Shown here: piece after piece, positions 37,893 through 47,445 of the stretch | Layout: the number at the start of each line of letters is the position of its first letter | Position numbering within the stretch: the first letter of the stretch is position 1 | Origin: Pseudobdellovibrionaceae bacterium | GTDB taxonomy: Bacteria > Bdellovibrionota > Bdellovibrionia > Bdellovibrionales > JAMPXM01 | Reading direction: 5' to 3' | Assembly: GCA_947462815.1 (NCBI GenBank) | Contig: CANHQR010000007.1 | Span: 8,769-72,768, forward strand | DNA length: 64,000 nucleotides | The notes under the pieces: generated by a model | What the model was told of the DNA's origin: nothing | Database searches by the model: none | Seen by the model: only the letters and a program-made list of their open reading frames with translations | Translations under genes and position numbers: made by a program

Positions 37893-39293
37893 ATGGCGCA
37901 AGAAAAAGTTCAGCCTTTCAATAATGAAGCCGAACGTGCCGTTCTCGGCGGACTGCTTTTGAACCCAGCGGCTTGGGACGATATCTCTCACCTGCTCGAT
38001 GAAGACAAATTCTATAAACCCGCACACAAGCGGATCTTCGCGGCAGTTCGCGACCTCGGCGTGAAGGGCGAGCCGATTGACCATGTCACCGTGACCAACT
38101 TGCTCAATGAGCGCAAAGAGCTGGACGCACTCGGTGGGCCCGCATTTCTCGTCGACCTTATTCAAAGCGTTCCGGTCGCAAGTAATCTGGTTCGGTATGC
38201 TGAGATCGTTGCGGACAAGGCACGACTGCGCCAAGTGATCCACCTCGGCTCGGAAATGGTTGAGAAGGCGTACACGAATGATTTTGAAAACGTCGATCAG
38301 CTCGTTGATGAGTTCGAGGGCCGCATTTTCAAACTCAATGACGACAACAGTGTCGAAGGCCCGATCAATGCGGCCGAGCTCGTGCGATCCGGCCTGCACA
38401 AGCTGACAGAGCTGAGTGAGCGAAAGAGCGATGTGACCGGCGTCGCCAGCGGCTTTAAGGGTCTCGACAAAATGACTGCGGGATTTCAGCCGGGCGAATT
38501 GACGATTATAGCCGCGCGTCCTTCTATGGGAAAGACGGCTTTTTCCCTCAACCTCACCACGCACATCGTACTGCGAGAGCAAAAATCACTGCTGTATTTT
38601 TCGATCGAGATGAATCGCGACCAAATGATGATGCGTATTTTAGGCTCCGAGAGTCGTGTGAGCCTCGCCGACTTAAGGACCGGTCAATTGAGTGATACGG
38701 GCTGGACTCGCATCATCGAGCGCGCCACGAAGATTGGTGAGACCCGCCTCTTCATCGACGACGCGTCTTATGTGACGCCGATGACGATTCGGTCGAGAGC
38801 TCGAAAGATTAAACAACGCTATGGTCTCGACATGGTGATCATCGACTACCTCCAATTGATGAAACCCACACAGCGTCTTGATAATCGCGAACGCGAAGTT
38901 GCGGAGATTTCGCAGGCCCTCAAAGCTCTCGCCAAAGATTTGCAGATTCCGGTTATTGCGCTCGCGCAGGTGAATCGGGGCAACGAAGGCCGAGCCGACA
39001 AGCGTCCACAGGTTTCAGATCTTCGGGAATCGGGCTCAATCGAGCAGGATGCCGATTTGATCATGATGCTCTATCGGGAAGACTATTACGAGCGAGAGAA
39101 TCCCGACGTCAAAGGCGTCTCCGAGGTCATCATCGGCAAACAACGTAACGGTCCCGTCGGCACCGTGAAATTGAGATGGGAAGCTGGAATTGGTCGGTTC
39201 TCCGATTACGAAGAGGGCGCCGAACATCCACTGCCTCCGCCACCTCCATCGCCGTTTCGGCGAGGCCCGCCGAACGCTGCAGGGACCGCCTGA
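37893..39293 (+). CDS. dnaB: Replicative DNA helicase DnaB
   Basis: 466 aa. N-terminal PFNNEAERAVLGGLL and the RecA-like domain (AARPSMGKTAF, Walker B IIDYLQLM) are present. SD GGAGAAG precedes the start. Confidence 0.95.
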   Translation: MAQEKVQPFNNEAERAVLGGLLLNPAAWDDISHLLDEDKFYKPAHKRIFAAVRDLGVKGEPIDHVTVTNLLNERKELDALGGPAFLVDLIQSVPVASNLVRYAEIVADKARLRQVIHLGSEMVEKAYTNDFENVDQLVDEFEGRIFKLNDDNSVEGPINAAELVRSGLHKLTELSERKSDVTGVASGFKGLDKMTAGFQPGELTIIAARPSMGKTAFSLNLTTHIVLREQKSLLYFSIEMNRDQMMMRILGSESRVSLADLRTGQLSDTGWTRIIERATKIGETRLFIDDASYVTPMTIRSRARKIKQRYGLDMVIIDYLQLMKPTQRLDNREREVAEISQALKALAKDLQIPVIALAQVNRGNEGRADKRPQVSDLRESGSIEQDADLIMMLYREDYYERENPDVKGVSEVIIGKQRNGPVGTVKLRWEAGIGRFSDYEEGAEHPLPPPPPSPFRRGPPNAAGTA

Positions 39294-39537
39294 TCTCTCG
39301 GCACGGCGCTCAAGTTGACCGACGTCTCCGCCCAAAGAGCATACGGCGGGGGGACTGCATGTAAAGTTCAAAGTCCCAGATCACCCTGGACCTAGGTCAA
39401 ATCCCAACCTTCACTCCAAAATTGCGACTTGAACCACTCGCTAACCCTCGGATGGAATCACGGTGTCGACAACATGTGGGGCGCAGAACGCTTGGATCCA
39501 AGAGATCGCCCCGTCGAGCCACCAAGGAGGGCGGCAC

Positions 39538-39882
39538 ATGAAACATCGGCGAAGGAGCCGTGTCAAAATCGAGGAAGCCCCGCCCCCGCAGGGTTCAGCC
39601 TTGCTCGATGAACTCGCGATCAACTCGGGCTTGCCTCCCGAACTCATCGGCGAGGAATTGAGCGGACTGCTCCGCGCGCAGGGCTTGCAAACCTCAGAAG
39701 CCACACTCGATCAATTGCGAGATCTGTTAACCGAGTATCTTCAAGAAGTGCTCGTGGCGGCTCAGGCCAGCTTTGCCGATGAAGCCGTGCTTCGCTCCCA
39801 ACTCGAACTGGGCCTCGAAGATGGTGTGACCGACTTTATCGAAGAAAAAGAGCGGCCTGACTCGAAGAGTCAGGCCGTATAA
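39538..39882 (+). CDS. Small acidic helical protein of unknown function
   Basis: 114 aa from ATG 39538, preceded by AAGGAGG. It has a basic N-terminus (MKHRRRSRVK) and then an acidic Leu-rich sequence. No family recognised. Confidence 0.45.
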   Translation: MKHRRRSRVKIEEAPPPQGSALLDELAINSGLPPELIGEELSGLLRAQGLQTSEATLDQLRDLLTEYLQEVLVAAQASFADEAVLRSQLELGLEDGVTDFIEEKERPDSKSQAV

Positions 39883-39910
39883 TCGACCGGACGAATTTCG
39901 AAGCGCTCTT

Positions 39911-40354
39911 TTATGCGCGCTCAACCGAGATGGCGATCTCAGTCTCGATGCCATCGCCCAATTTGATCACAGCTTTGTGCGATCCCAAGACGCGAATCTG
40001 CTCTTCTAAAACGATGTCGCGACGATCGATGGAGTAGCCAAGCTTTTCAAGCTCGTTCGAGATGTCCGTGGTTGTGACGGAGCCGAACAACTTATCATTT
40101 TCGCCAGCGGTGGCTTTCACGACGACCGACAAGCCCTTCATTTTATTGATCACGGCCTGGCGCTCGGCAACGGCCTTTTTGCGCTTGATCTCGGCCATGC
40201 GCTTAAGGTGCTCAAATTCATGAACACGCTTCTCTGTGGCCTCAGAGGCCAGACGGCGCGGGAACAAGAAGTTGCGCGCATAGCCAGCAGCTACGCTCAC
40301 AAGTTCGCCGACCTTGCCCAGGTTCTTCACGTCTTTTTGCAAAATGACCTTCAT
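39911..40354 (-). CDS. rplI: 50S ribosomal protein L9
   Basis: [32 protein letters not shown] is the canonical L9 N-terminus; 147 aa. Confidence 0.95.
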   Translation of the reverse strand: MKVILQKDVKNLGKVGELVSVAAGYARNFLFPRRLASEATEKRVHEFEHLKRMAEIKRKKAVAERQAVINKMKGLSVVVKATAGENDKLFGSVTTTDISNELEKLGYSIDRRDIVLEEQIRVLGSHKAVIKLGDGIETEIAISVERA

Positions 40355-40402
40355 CGTCTCTCCTTTTATCGGCCCAATTTTATGCCTAGTTCAGTTCTAT
40401 TC

Positions 40403-41320
40403 TCACTCGCCGGACGATGACTCCGAGGTCGGAGCCATCGGTCGTCGTGTGAAGCGAGTTCGAAGATCCAGCCAAACATCGGCCACTCCGAGAATCGCCA
40501 CGATCAACGCGAGCTGCAAAACCAACAACAATCCAAACAACATCTGCCAAAACATTCCGATCCGAAACAATTCAAAGATCTTGAAGATGACCGCCATGCC
40601 TTGGAAGAAATAAAGCACTCCCAGCACGTTGAGCATGTTCAAGCCAACCCACCGCAAGGGTTCGATCCCGTGCTGAATAAAGGCCGCCAATAGAGCCACA
40701 TTCAACATCCAAATCACCCAGTCATCGATCCGCAAATCTGTCCAGCGTCTGGGCTCAGCGCCTTCCATGAGACGGCGAGCTCGTGCGCCAGAAATACGAA
40801 TCCAACTGCGCTCACTCATTACGGCAACCGCTATCGTCAGCAGGCCAAGCGCCAAGAGTGCCGAAGGCGTCTGATAGACGATCGACTTCACTGTGATCTG
40901 CTCGAAGGCACCCGCGGGAGCCATCGCCTTCGCCTGTTCGAAGAGCGGGGTGATCCACGACGAAACAACCTGAATCGGACGCTGCTGAACCACTCGGCAC
41001 CATAGCGCCAACGCCAGTCCCGCAGTCGCCAAAAGCCCCACCAGGCTCATCACCGCAGCCGTTCCGCGCGCAACACCTGACTCTTCGAGTTCCGTGAAGG
41101 CACCTGCGACGAGCACCACAAGGCCGAGAGCTATTGCAGCCTCCAGCAAGCCAAAGGCTGCAAGCGACCCAACAAGCACCACGCCTCCCGTCCAAAACGA
41201 AAGTGCAGTGCCTGTTCTACGAAGCGCTCGAATGGGGCCCGCTGCGAAGATCAAAGTCGCCCAAGCAAAAAAGCTCGCCGCCAACCAGATCATCACGCGG
41301 CGCAGGTTTACGCCGAACAT
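40403..41320 (-). CDS. Polytopic membrane protein (DUF2232/YybS-like by position and topology)
   Basis: 305 aa with about 8 hydrophobic segments. It sits between rpsF and rplI, as YybS-type proteins do in several phyla. The family assignment is from memory of synteny and was not aligned. Confidence 0.5.
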   Translation of the reverse strand: MFGVNLRRVMIWLAASFFAWATLIFAAGPIRALRRTGTALSFWTGGVVLVGSLAAFGLLEAAIALGLVVLVAGAFTELEESGVARGTAAVMSLVGLLATAGLALALWCRVVQQRPIQVVSSWITPLFEQAKAMAPAGAFEQITVKSIVYQTPSALLALGLLTIAVAVMSERSWIRISGARARRLMEGAEPRRWTDLRIDDWVIWMLNVALLAAFIQHGIEPLRWVGLNMLNVLGVLYFFQGMAVIFKIFELFRIGMFWQMLFGLLLVLQLALIVAILGVADVWLDLRTRFTRRPMAPTSESSSGE

Positions 41321-41342
41321 TTAGATCGTTGCCCTCGTGGTT

Positions 41343-41873
41343 TTAGACTTCTTCGTCCAGTTCGCCCTCGGCCTCAACGTCCAACTCTGGAGCTGCGTCG
41401 AAGTCACGGCGTCCACCACCTTCTTCACGGCGTCCGCCTGGTCGCTGCATGGCGCGACGGGCCTGGAACTTCGCCTCACGCTCACGCTCACGCTGAGCTG
41501 CGGCGGCCAAAGAGGTGCGGAAGTCTTCCAAATACTTATTCAAGTCAGTGCGAACATCGAGCGCCGTGTGCATGAAGCGCAAAACATGGTCGTTGATGCG
41601 CATGGTGCGCTCAAGCTCGGCGATCGCAGCCGGTTGAGCCTTGAAGGTCGCATGGAAATAGTAAGCCTTCTTGGTCTTGTTGATGGCGTTCGCCAAGGTG
41701 CGCTTGCCCCAAGTGTCCAAGTGAACCATTTGTCCGCCGAACTGCTCCTCGATGATGCTCTTGTTCTTGCGGAACAAAGATTTCTGTTCTTCTTCCGATG
41801 CATCGGGATGCATGAGAACGATCACTTCGTAGGGACGGATTTCTTTGGGCGCAGACAGGGTTGTCGATTGCAT
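41343..41873 (-). CDS. rpsF: 30S ribosomal protein S6 with charged C-terminal extension
   Basis: S6 core (YEVIVLMHPD...WGKRTLANAI....AYYFH...). The ~70-aa tail includes REREREAK (a ctcacg x3 DNA repeat) and an acidic end (ELDVEAEGELDEEV). Confidence 0.9.
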   Translation of the reverse strand: MQSTTLSAPKEIRPYEVIVLMHPDASEEEQKSLFRKNKSIIEEQFGGQMVHLDTWGKRTLANAINKTKKAYYFHATFKAQPAAIAELERTMRINDHVLRFMHTALDVRTDLNKYLEDFRTSLAAAAQREREREAKFQARRAMQRPGGRREEGGGRRDFDAAPELDVEAEGELDEEV

Positions 41874-42155
41874 GCTTGTCTCTTCCTTTCGGTTACCTCG
41901 ATGAGCTCGAACGAAAACGATGTCCTCAGTCGTCGGGGGTCGGGCGTCGGACTCCGACGTCGGACTCGGACGACTTTTTAGAATCGCTTCGAACTGTCAC
42001 CGAATAGCCCCACCGGACAATAGGCTGGAGCAAGGTTAAGTTTGGCCGACAGGTCTAACATGCCCGCGAGCTAGGCACAAGCAATCGGGACTCGCCAAGC
42101 CGCTCGACCAGGGGCATCCTAAGAATGAGGTGCCCAAGGGCCGAGGAGGACGAAG

Positions 42156-42896
42156 GTGTCGATATTACTCGAGGTTTTGGCGGGACCCAGCGGCTCAGGC
42201 CTGCGCATCCCCGCCCGCGAGGGTCTGATCATCGGCCGACGAGACGGTGAAGCGGTCATTGGTGACCCGAAGATGTCGTCCCGACATGCCCGCCTCGAAT
42301 GCCGTAACGGAGTCTGGCATATCCTCGATTTGGGCTCTTCGAACAAAATCAAGGTTGGCCAACAGCGCGTCGATTCCATCGAACTCTATGTCGGGCTGCA
42401 GTTCGTATTGGGGTCCACAACCTTCATCGTGCGCGATGCCGACACCCTCCCTGAGATTTCGGCCGGAGAGTTTGAGTTCACGGGGTCAATTGAGGTTCCA
42501 GCAGAGGCCATGACGTGGAAGGAGATCTTGCAAAACTTGATCGACCGCGCGATCCGCCTCGCGCCCCAAGGGGCTCGGGAGGAAGGCATTCGTCCTCTCC
42601 CCCGAGTCGTGCGCATGGAAATCTCCAGCGGCCCCCAGGCCGGTACCATCTGGCGAGTCGGCTATTGGCCGCGGGTCATCGGCGCCGCAAGTTTTGACTT
42701 TCCTCTGCTCGACAGCGGCATTCCCGATACTTGTTTCTCGATTGAGAGCTCGGGGGGAAAAGTCCTTCTCGTCCCTCTCGAGCCGGAGTACATCAAACGC
42801 AATGGTCGCAAGCTAGCGGGGCAAGAGCCCGTCGAGCTGCGATCGGGAGATCGACTGGAAGTTGGACGCGTGAAGATTCGCGTCGTCTTGGAGTAA
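42156..42896 (+). CDS. FHA-domain protein (two FHA-like modules)
   Basis: The N-terminal module is LIIGRRDGEAVIGDPKMSSRHARLECRNGVWHILDLGSSNKIKV. The C-terminal module is a weaker FHA-like repeat (...RNGRKL...LRSGDRLEVGRVKIRV). GTG start follows GAGGAGGA. Confidence 0.7.
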   Translation: MSILLEVLAGPSGSGLRIPAREGLIIGRRDGEAVIGDPKMSSRHARLECRNGVWHILDLGSSNKIKVGQQRVDSIELYVGLQFVLGSTTFIVRDADTLPEISAGEFEFTGSIEVPAEAMTWKEILQNLIDRAIRLAPQGAREEGIRPLPRVVRMEISSGPQAGTIWRVGYWPRVIGAASFDFPLLDSGIPDTCFSIESSGGKVLLVPLEPEYIKRNGRKLAGQEPVELRSGDRLEVGRVKIRVVLE

Positions 42897-42962
42897 GACG
42901 TCGAGGTCTTTGACTCGTGACCCAACTCGATCGAATCGCTCTTAACCTTTGAAAGTCAGAAC

Positions 42963-43883
42963 GTGAGTGAACTAGACGTGAAGCCGATGTCCTCCTCCCC
43001 CGTACCTAAACGCACTGGAACTTTTGAAAGCTTTGACGGCACCCGCATCTATTTTGAGGAGCGCGGTGAAGGACGACCGATCGTCTTGTGCTACGGTTTA
43101 GCTTGCCTGATGAACCATTGGACTCACCAGGTGCGACACTTTAGCCAAAATTATCGCGTGATCACCTTCGACTACCGGGGCCATCACAACTCGGAAACTC
43201 CTCGGGATCACAAGAATCTTGGGGTCGACGCTCTTGTGGGCGATGTGCACGCCCTGGTCGAACACCTTCAGTTGAAACAAGCCTCCTTCTGGGGCCATAG
43301 CTACGGCGTGCAGCTCTTGCTGCGATATTATGATCTGCATCCCGAGAAGGTTCGCAACATGGTGTTTATCAACGGCTTTGCCAGTAACCCCATTCGCGGA
43401 ATGTTTGGCGCAGTGCTCGGACCCGAGACCATCACCAAAGTTTTTCGGGCCTTTCAACAAGGCTATGCCCTGGCTCCCGCGCCTCTCACTTCGGCTTGGC
43501 GCGCAGCCGTCCTCAATCCTATTTCGATTCCGCTCGCGGCACTCGCCGGTGGATTCAATCTCAGTCTCACGAGCATGAAAGACATTGAGGTATACGCCCG
43601 AGGTGTAGCCGCGCTCGATCTTGAAATCTTCATGAAGTTGTTTGAAGAGATGATGGAGTATGATGGTACCGCTGTGCTCGATAAGATCGATGTTCCGGTA
43701 CTCGTCGTGAGCGGGTCTAAAGATGGCGTCACGCCGCCCTCACATCAAGTCGCGATGGCGCAGCGAATTCGCGGTGCCGAACTCTTAAGAGTGCCCTACG
43801 GCTCGCATTGCACCCAATTGGATTTGCCCGAGTTTGTGAATCTTCGCGCAGAAAAGTTTCTCCACGAACACATGTTCAACTGA
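42963..43883 (+). CDS. Alpha/beta-fold hydrolase
   Basis: Nucleophile elbow GHSYG, an HG-type oxyanion region (VLCYGLA) and a C-terminal His (GSHC). The start (GTG 42963 or ATG 42987) is uncertain. Confidence 0.75.
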   Translation: MSELDVKPMSSSPVPKRTGTFESFDGTRIYFEERGEGRPIVLCYGLACLMNHWTHQVRHFSQNYRVITFDYRGHHNSETPRDHKNLGVDALVGDVHALVEHLQLKQASFWGHSYGVQLLLRYYDLHPEKVRNMVFINGFASNPIRGMFGAVLGPETITKVFRAFQQGYALAPAPLTSAWRAAVLNPISIPLAALAGGFNLSLTSMKDIEVYARGVAALDLEIFMKLFEEMMEYDGTAVLDKIDVPVLVVSGSKDGVTPPSHQVAMAQRIRGAELLRVPYGSHCTQLDLPEFVNLRAEKFLHEHMFN

Positions 43884-43900
43884 TTCGAGCCAAGCCGAGC

Positions 43901-45175
43901 CTACGGTTTTTTTCGAGCTTGCAACTTGAGGCGCGCCTTGATTTCGAGGCCTATCGCTTCATGCAAGACTTCCATCCCCACATACCCCTCGTTGCGAAAG
44001 AGGTGGTGAACGCCGTCGATGTAAACTGGCTCAGGATAATCCTTAAAAATCGGCGTCAAATCGCGAACCAATCCCGGCGCCTCGCGCGGCAAATAGTCTC
44101 GAGCAAACCAGCGATATTCTTCAGTCGGGTAGACTTCCATATAGGACCATGGCTGTTGGGCTTGCGATGCGGGCGGGTCAATCCCAGCGAATGGCTGAAG
44201 AAAGTGAAGCGTTTCGACCTGCATCGCCCCGAGAGCTCCGGACATCTTTTTCACATACGCGAGGATCTTGTCGGCGGCCTGTTGGCGATCCATCGGCGCG
44301 GAAAGAATCTCCATGGGCATGGCGCCCGTGTTGATACGCTCAGGCCGCTCACGAGCCTCTTGGGCCCATGACGTTTTCGACAACTCGCTCTGCGCAACTT
44401 TGATGAGCAGGGCCAAACCATAGGACTCGATTTGCTCAGGACCCTGAGCCGTGAGGCGATGAGTCCAAAATTGTAAGCCGAGATTCAGCCAGTTCAAGAG
44501 ACTCGCGTGCTCGGAATCCACGAAGGGAGAAAAGTCGAGATGATGAAACGCGGCAACCTTCTCGAGCGGAATCTGTTGCGAGAAGCGGGCCCACTCATTG
44601 AGGCCAAAGAGGTGAACGACCAAGTCGAAGCGCTCCGCATAGAGGATGCTATGGAAAGCCTGCTGAGGGAGATGCCAGCCCCCGTTCGCCGCGGAAACCA
44701 CTTTGAATTCTGTTCCGCGTGGTGGGGTAAACCGAGCATTCAGCCAATCCTGAAGAGAATTCTCATAGAGAGCCGAAGCCTGCTCGGCATAACTGCCACC
44801 GGCGATTGCAATCACAAAGTGCTCGGCGGATTTTTCGTAATCTAATCCAAGCGTGCCGCGCTCATTCACAACAAGCGAGTGCGTGCAGGGTCTTTGGATC
44901 GTGGGTGGACCCACGACATAACCCGAAAAGGGGTGCCTGCGAATCATCTCGGCCATGGTGCACTCGTCGCCCTGAATGGGCCGCCCACCCACCGCCGTTC
45001 GATTGGCCCCCAGCTTCAAATACTCAGCCGGAGAGGCCTTGCCGGTCGCGTGTTGAATCCAGACTCGAGCACCGAGCTCGAACAGTCCAAGTGATACAGC
45101 CAGCCCGAGCGTCAGCACGAGGAGCCGACGCCACCATTTTGGTTTTCCGCGACCCTGACCGTGCGCTCTACTCAT
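43901..45175 (-). CDS. Membrane-anchored protein, possibly SGNH/DltD-AlgJ-like
   Basis: N-terminal anchor (WWRRLLVLTLGLAVSLGLF). A GGS block (IAIAGGSYAEQ) and a C-terminal DGVHH block resemble SGNH blocks I and V. The start is uncertain: the track ORF overlaps the upstream protease by 53 nt, and ATG 45175 reduces the overlap to 8 nt. Confidence 0.4.
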   Translation of the reverse strand: MSRAHGQGRGKPKWWRRLLVLTLGLAVSLGLFELGARVWIQHATGKASPAEYLKLGANRTAVGGRPIQGDECTMAEMIRRHPFSGYVVGPPTIQRPCTHSLVVNERGTLGLDYEKSAEHFVIAIAGGSYAEQASALYENSLQDWLNARFTPPRGTEFKVVSAANGGWHLPQQAFHSILYAERFDLVVHLFGLNEWARFSQQIPLEKVAAFHHLDFSPFVDSEHASLLNWLNLGLQFWTHRLTAQGPEQIESYGLALLIKVAQSELSKTSWAQEARERPERINTGAMPMEILSAPMDRQQAADKILAYVKKMSGALGAMQVETLHFLQPFAGIDPPASQAQQPWSYMEVYPTEEYRWFARDYLPREAPGLVRDLTPIFKDYPEPVYIDGVHHLFRNEGYVGMEVLHEAIGLEIKARLKLQARKKP

Positions 45176-46895
45176 AGAGAACGGCTTCGATATCGAAGCC
45201 ATAAGCTTGCACCGTCTCATCAGCCACGAACCGAATCGTCACTCGATCGCCCTCGATCAGCGGTGAAGTCATGCCATCGGGTTGCTTGCCACTCATGGAT
45301 CCCACGAATGTTCCCTTGGCGTCATAGAAGCTAATCGTGTCATAGGCGGCCTCAGTTTCGAATTTGCCAAATTTAATCGCGACCTTTTTTGCGCCATTCA
45401 CGACGATGGTTTGCTCAAGTTTCGCTTTCGCCGCGTAGGGATGATCGGTGCTGATATTCAAAGGCTTAGAATTCGGCAACTTCGAAGGATCATTCGGATC
45501 CGCCGGCGGCGTGAGTCCCGTCAGCGCGTAGTAGGCATCAGCGATTCCACCCGACATGACTTTACTCTTGAGGAGGAACAGTGGCCGCGATGAGCTGATC
45601 AGCCGCGATTTGATATCCGAAAACTTTAAGTTGGGATCTCGCGACAGCATGAGAGCGGCAATTCCAGACACGTGCGGAGTCGCCATCGACGTCCCGGAGT
45701 ACGAGTCATACTTGCCACCTGGCACGGTGCTCACAATGTTCACGCCGGGCGCCGCAACGTGCACAGTTTTGACTCCCACATTTGAAAATCCTGCGACTTG
45801 GCCGCGATTGTCGAGGGCAGCGACGGAGACGACGCTCGGCGCTTCGTAGTTGGCCGGATAACTAGGAATCACATCATTGTCGAGTCCGTCGTTACCCGCC
45901 GCTGCGACAAATAGAATTCCTGCATCGCTCGCATCTTGAACTGCTTTGAACAAGAGCTCCGAGCGACCTCCTCCTCCCCACGAGTTACTCATGATTTGGG
46001 CGCCGTTGAGTCGCGCATAATCAATAGACTTGATCGCATTGGCCAAACTTCCCGATCCGTTCTTATCGAGGAACTTGACGGCCATCATCTTCACATTCCA
46101 TGCGACGCCCACGAGTCCTCGGCCATCATTTCCTTTTGCGCCAATCGTGCCTGCGCAATGAGTGCCGTGCCCGTTGTCATCCGTTGCATCGCCTTTGTTG
46201 TTAGCGAAGTTAAAGCCGTGGATGTCATCGACGTAACCATTACCGTCATCATCGACACCCGTTTTGCCGTTTTTCTCAACGGCGTTGATCCAAGCTTGAG
46301 GCTTGAGATCGGGATGATTGAAGTCGATTCCTGTATCGATCACGGCAACGACCACTCGATCTGAGCCCGTTTCAATATCCCAAGCTCGCTCCGCACTGAT
46401 ATCCAATCCAGAGATCCCGGCCTGACCACTGCTGTCTGAGGCTCCCGTATTGCGAAGACCCCAGAGTTGCTTGAGTTCAGGATCATTGGGGAGCGCCAGA
46501 GCCTTGTATTTGAAGTTCGGCTCGACCATCTTCACCCATCGATTTTCGCGCAAACGCTCCAACGCGAGCTCTCGTCCGTCGACCACGACGACCATATTGT
46601 CGCGAACTCGGTCTGTGACTCGCGCACCGAGGACACGCGAAAGCCACTCGTACTCGCTGGGGTGCACGGCCCGCTGGAGCTCCACAACAAACTCACCAGC
46701 GTATACGGGTGAAATCGCAGACGCGGCGGACACCGGCCGATCTTTTCGTTCGTCGATGGAGGCAAAGCCCAAAGCAAGTCCAGCGACGAGCATCGTCGTT
46801 GCCACTAGTCCCCAGCCCCGAGAGTAGGCCGCTTGGAGTTTGGTCGTAGGGGGTTGGTTCGCCAGATTCTGGCCGTACGGATTTTGGATCGACAT
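45168..46895 (-). CDS. Subtilisin-like serine protease (S8) with I9 propeptide and a CUB-like C-terminal domain
   Basis: Catalytic motifs VAVIDTGID, GHGTHCAGTIGA and GTSMATPHVSGIAAL, with a Ca-binding-like DDDGNGYVDD. AGGAGG SD precedes ATG 46895. The C-terminal ~100 aa (HPY...IKFGKFETEAAYDTISFYD...VTIRFVADETVQAYGF) follow a CUB-like pattern. Confidence 0.9.
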   Translation of the reverse strand: MSIQNPYGQNLANQPPTTKLQAAYSRGWGLVATTMLVAGLALGFASIDERKDRPVSAASAISPVYAGEFVVELQRAVHPSEYEWLSRVLGARVTDRVRDNMVVVVDGRELALERLRENRWVKMVEPNFKYKALALPNDPELKQLWGLRNTGASDSSGQAGISGLDISAERAWDIETGSDRVVVAVIDTGIDFNHPDLKPQAWINAVEKNGKTGVDDDGNGYVDDIHGFNFANNKGDATDDNGHGTHCAGTIGAKGNDGRGLVGVAWNVKMMAVKFLDKNGSGSLANAIKSIDYARLNGAQIMSNSWGGGGRSELLFKAVQDASDAGILFVAAAGNDGLDNDVIPSYPANYEAPSVVSVAALDNRGQVAGFSNVGVKTVHVAAPGVNIVSTVPGGKYDSYSGTSMATPHVSGIAALMLSRDPNLKFSDIKSRLISSSRPLFLLKSKVMSGGIADAYYALTGLTPPADPNDPSKLPNSKPLNISTDHPYAAKAKLEQTIVVNGAKKVAIKFGKFETEAAYDTISFYDAKGTFVGSMSGKQPDGMTSPLIEGDRVTIRFVADETVQAYGFDIEAVLYE

Positions 46896-47088
46896 CAATT
46901 CCTCCTGAGCAGCGATGTCCGCCCCGCCTCTTCCTGAGGTGGTTCCAAAATGGTATTCGAGGCCATTGCCAAAGAATTCAGCCGTCTGTCAGGACGAGAC
47001 TATTTCTGGCCAATCTTCTGGTCGGCCTTCTGGTCGATCTCCTGGTTGGGCGATTGGTGTCGACCTCTTGGTCGACAGGGGACTCGAG

Positions 47089-47445
47089 TTAGGAAGATTT
47101 TTTGAGTTCAGTGTTCGTGCTCGATGTCTGAAGATCGAATAGTGAGAGTTGAATCTCGGCATGAGTCGAAGGCATGGATGTTTTTGAGTTTTCAGAAAAC
47201 TCAGACTTGTGGACTGGCCTGTTAACATCCTGATTCCAAATACGAAGTGCCGAACGGGCGGCCTCTTCGCCATAGGCACTTCGAATGAGATTCAAGACCA
47301 GAGCCCGAGCGGTCGACTCCGGTGCCTCGGCGCGAAAGCCCAAATCACGTAAGATCTCGTCAACTCGAAGAGTTTCGCGATGCCTCGGATCCGAATCATC
47401 CGTAGATTTTTGCCGCGATTCCCGATTCAGCTTTTCGTCATTCAC
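47089..47445 (-). CDS. Small orphan protein with a C-terminal QLSLF (sliding-clamp-binding-like) motif
   Basis: 118 aa from GTG 47445, preceded by AAGGAGG at a 5-nt spacing. The track ORF starts at an upstream TTG. No family recognised; the EIQLSLFDL motif lies in a Ser/Thr-rich tail. Confidence 0.45.
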   Translation of the reverse strand: MNDEKLNRESRQKSTDDSDPRHRETLRVDEILRDLGFRAEAPESTARALVLNLIRSAYGEEAARSALRIWNQDVNRPVHKSEFSENSKTSMPSTHAEIQLSLFDLQTSSTNTELKKSS

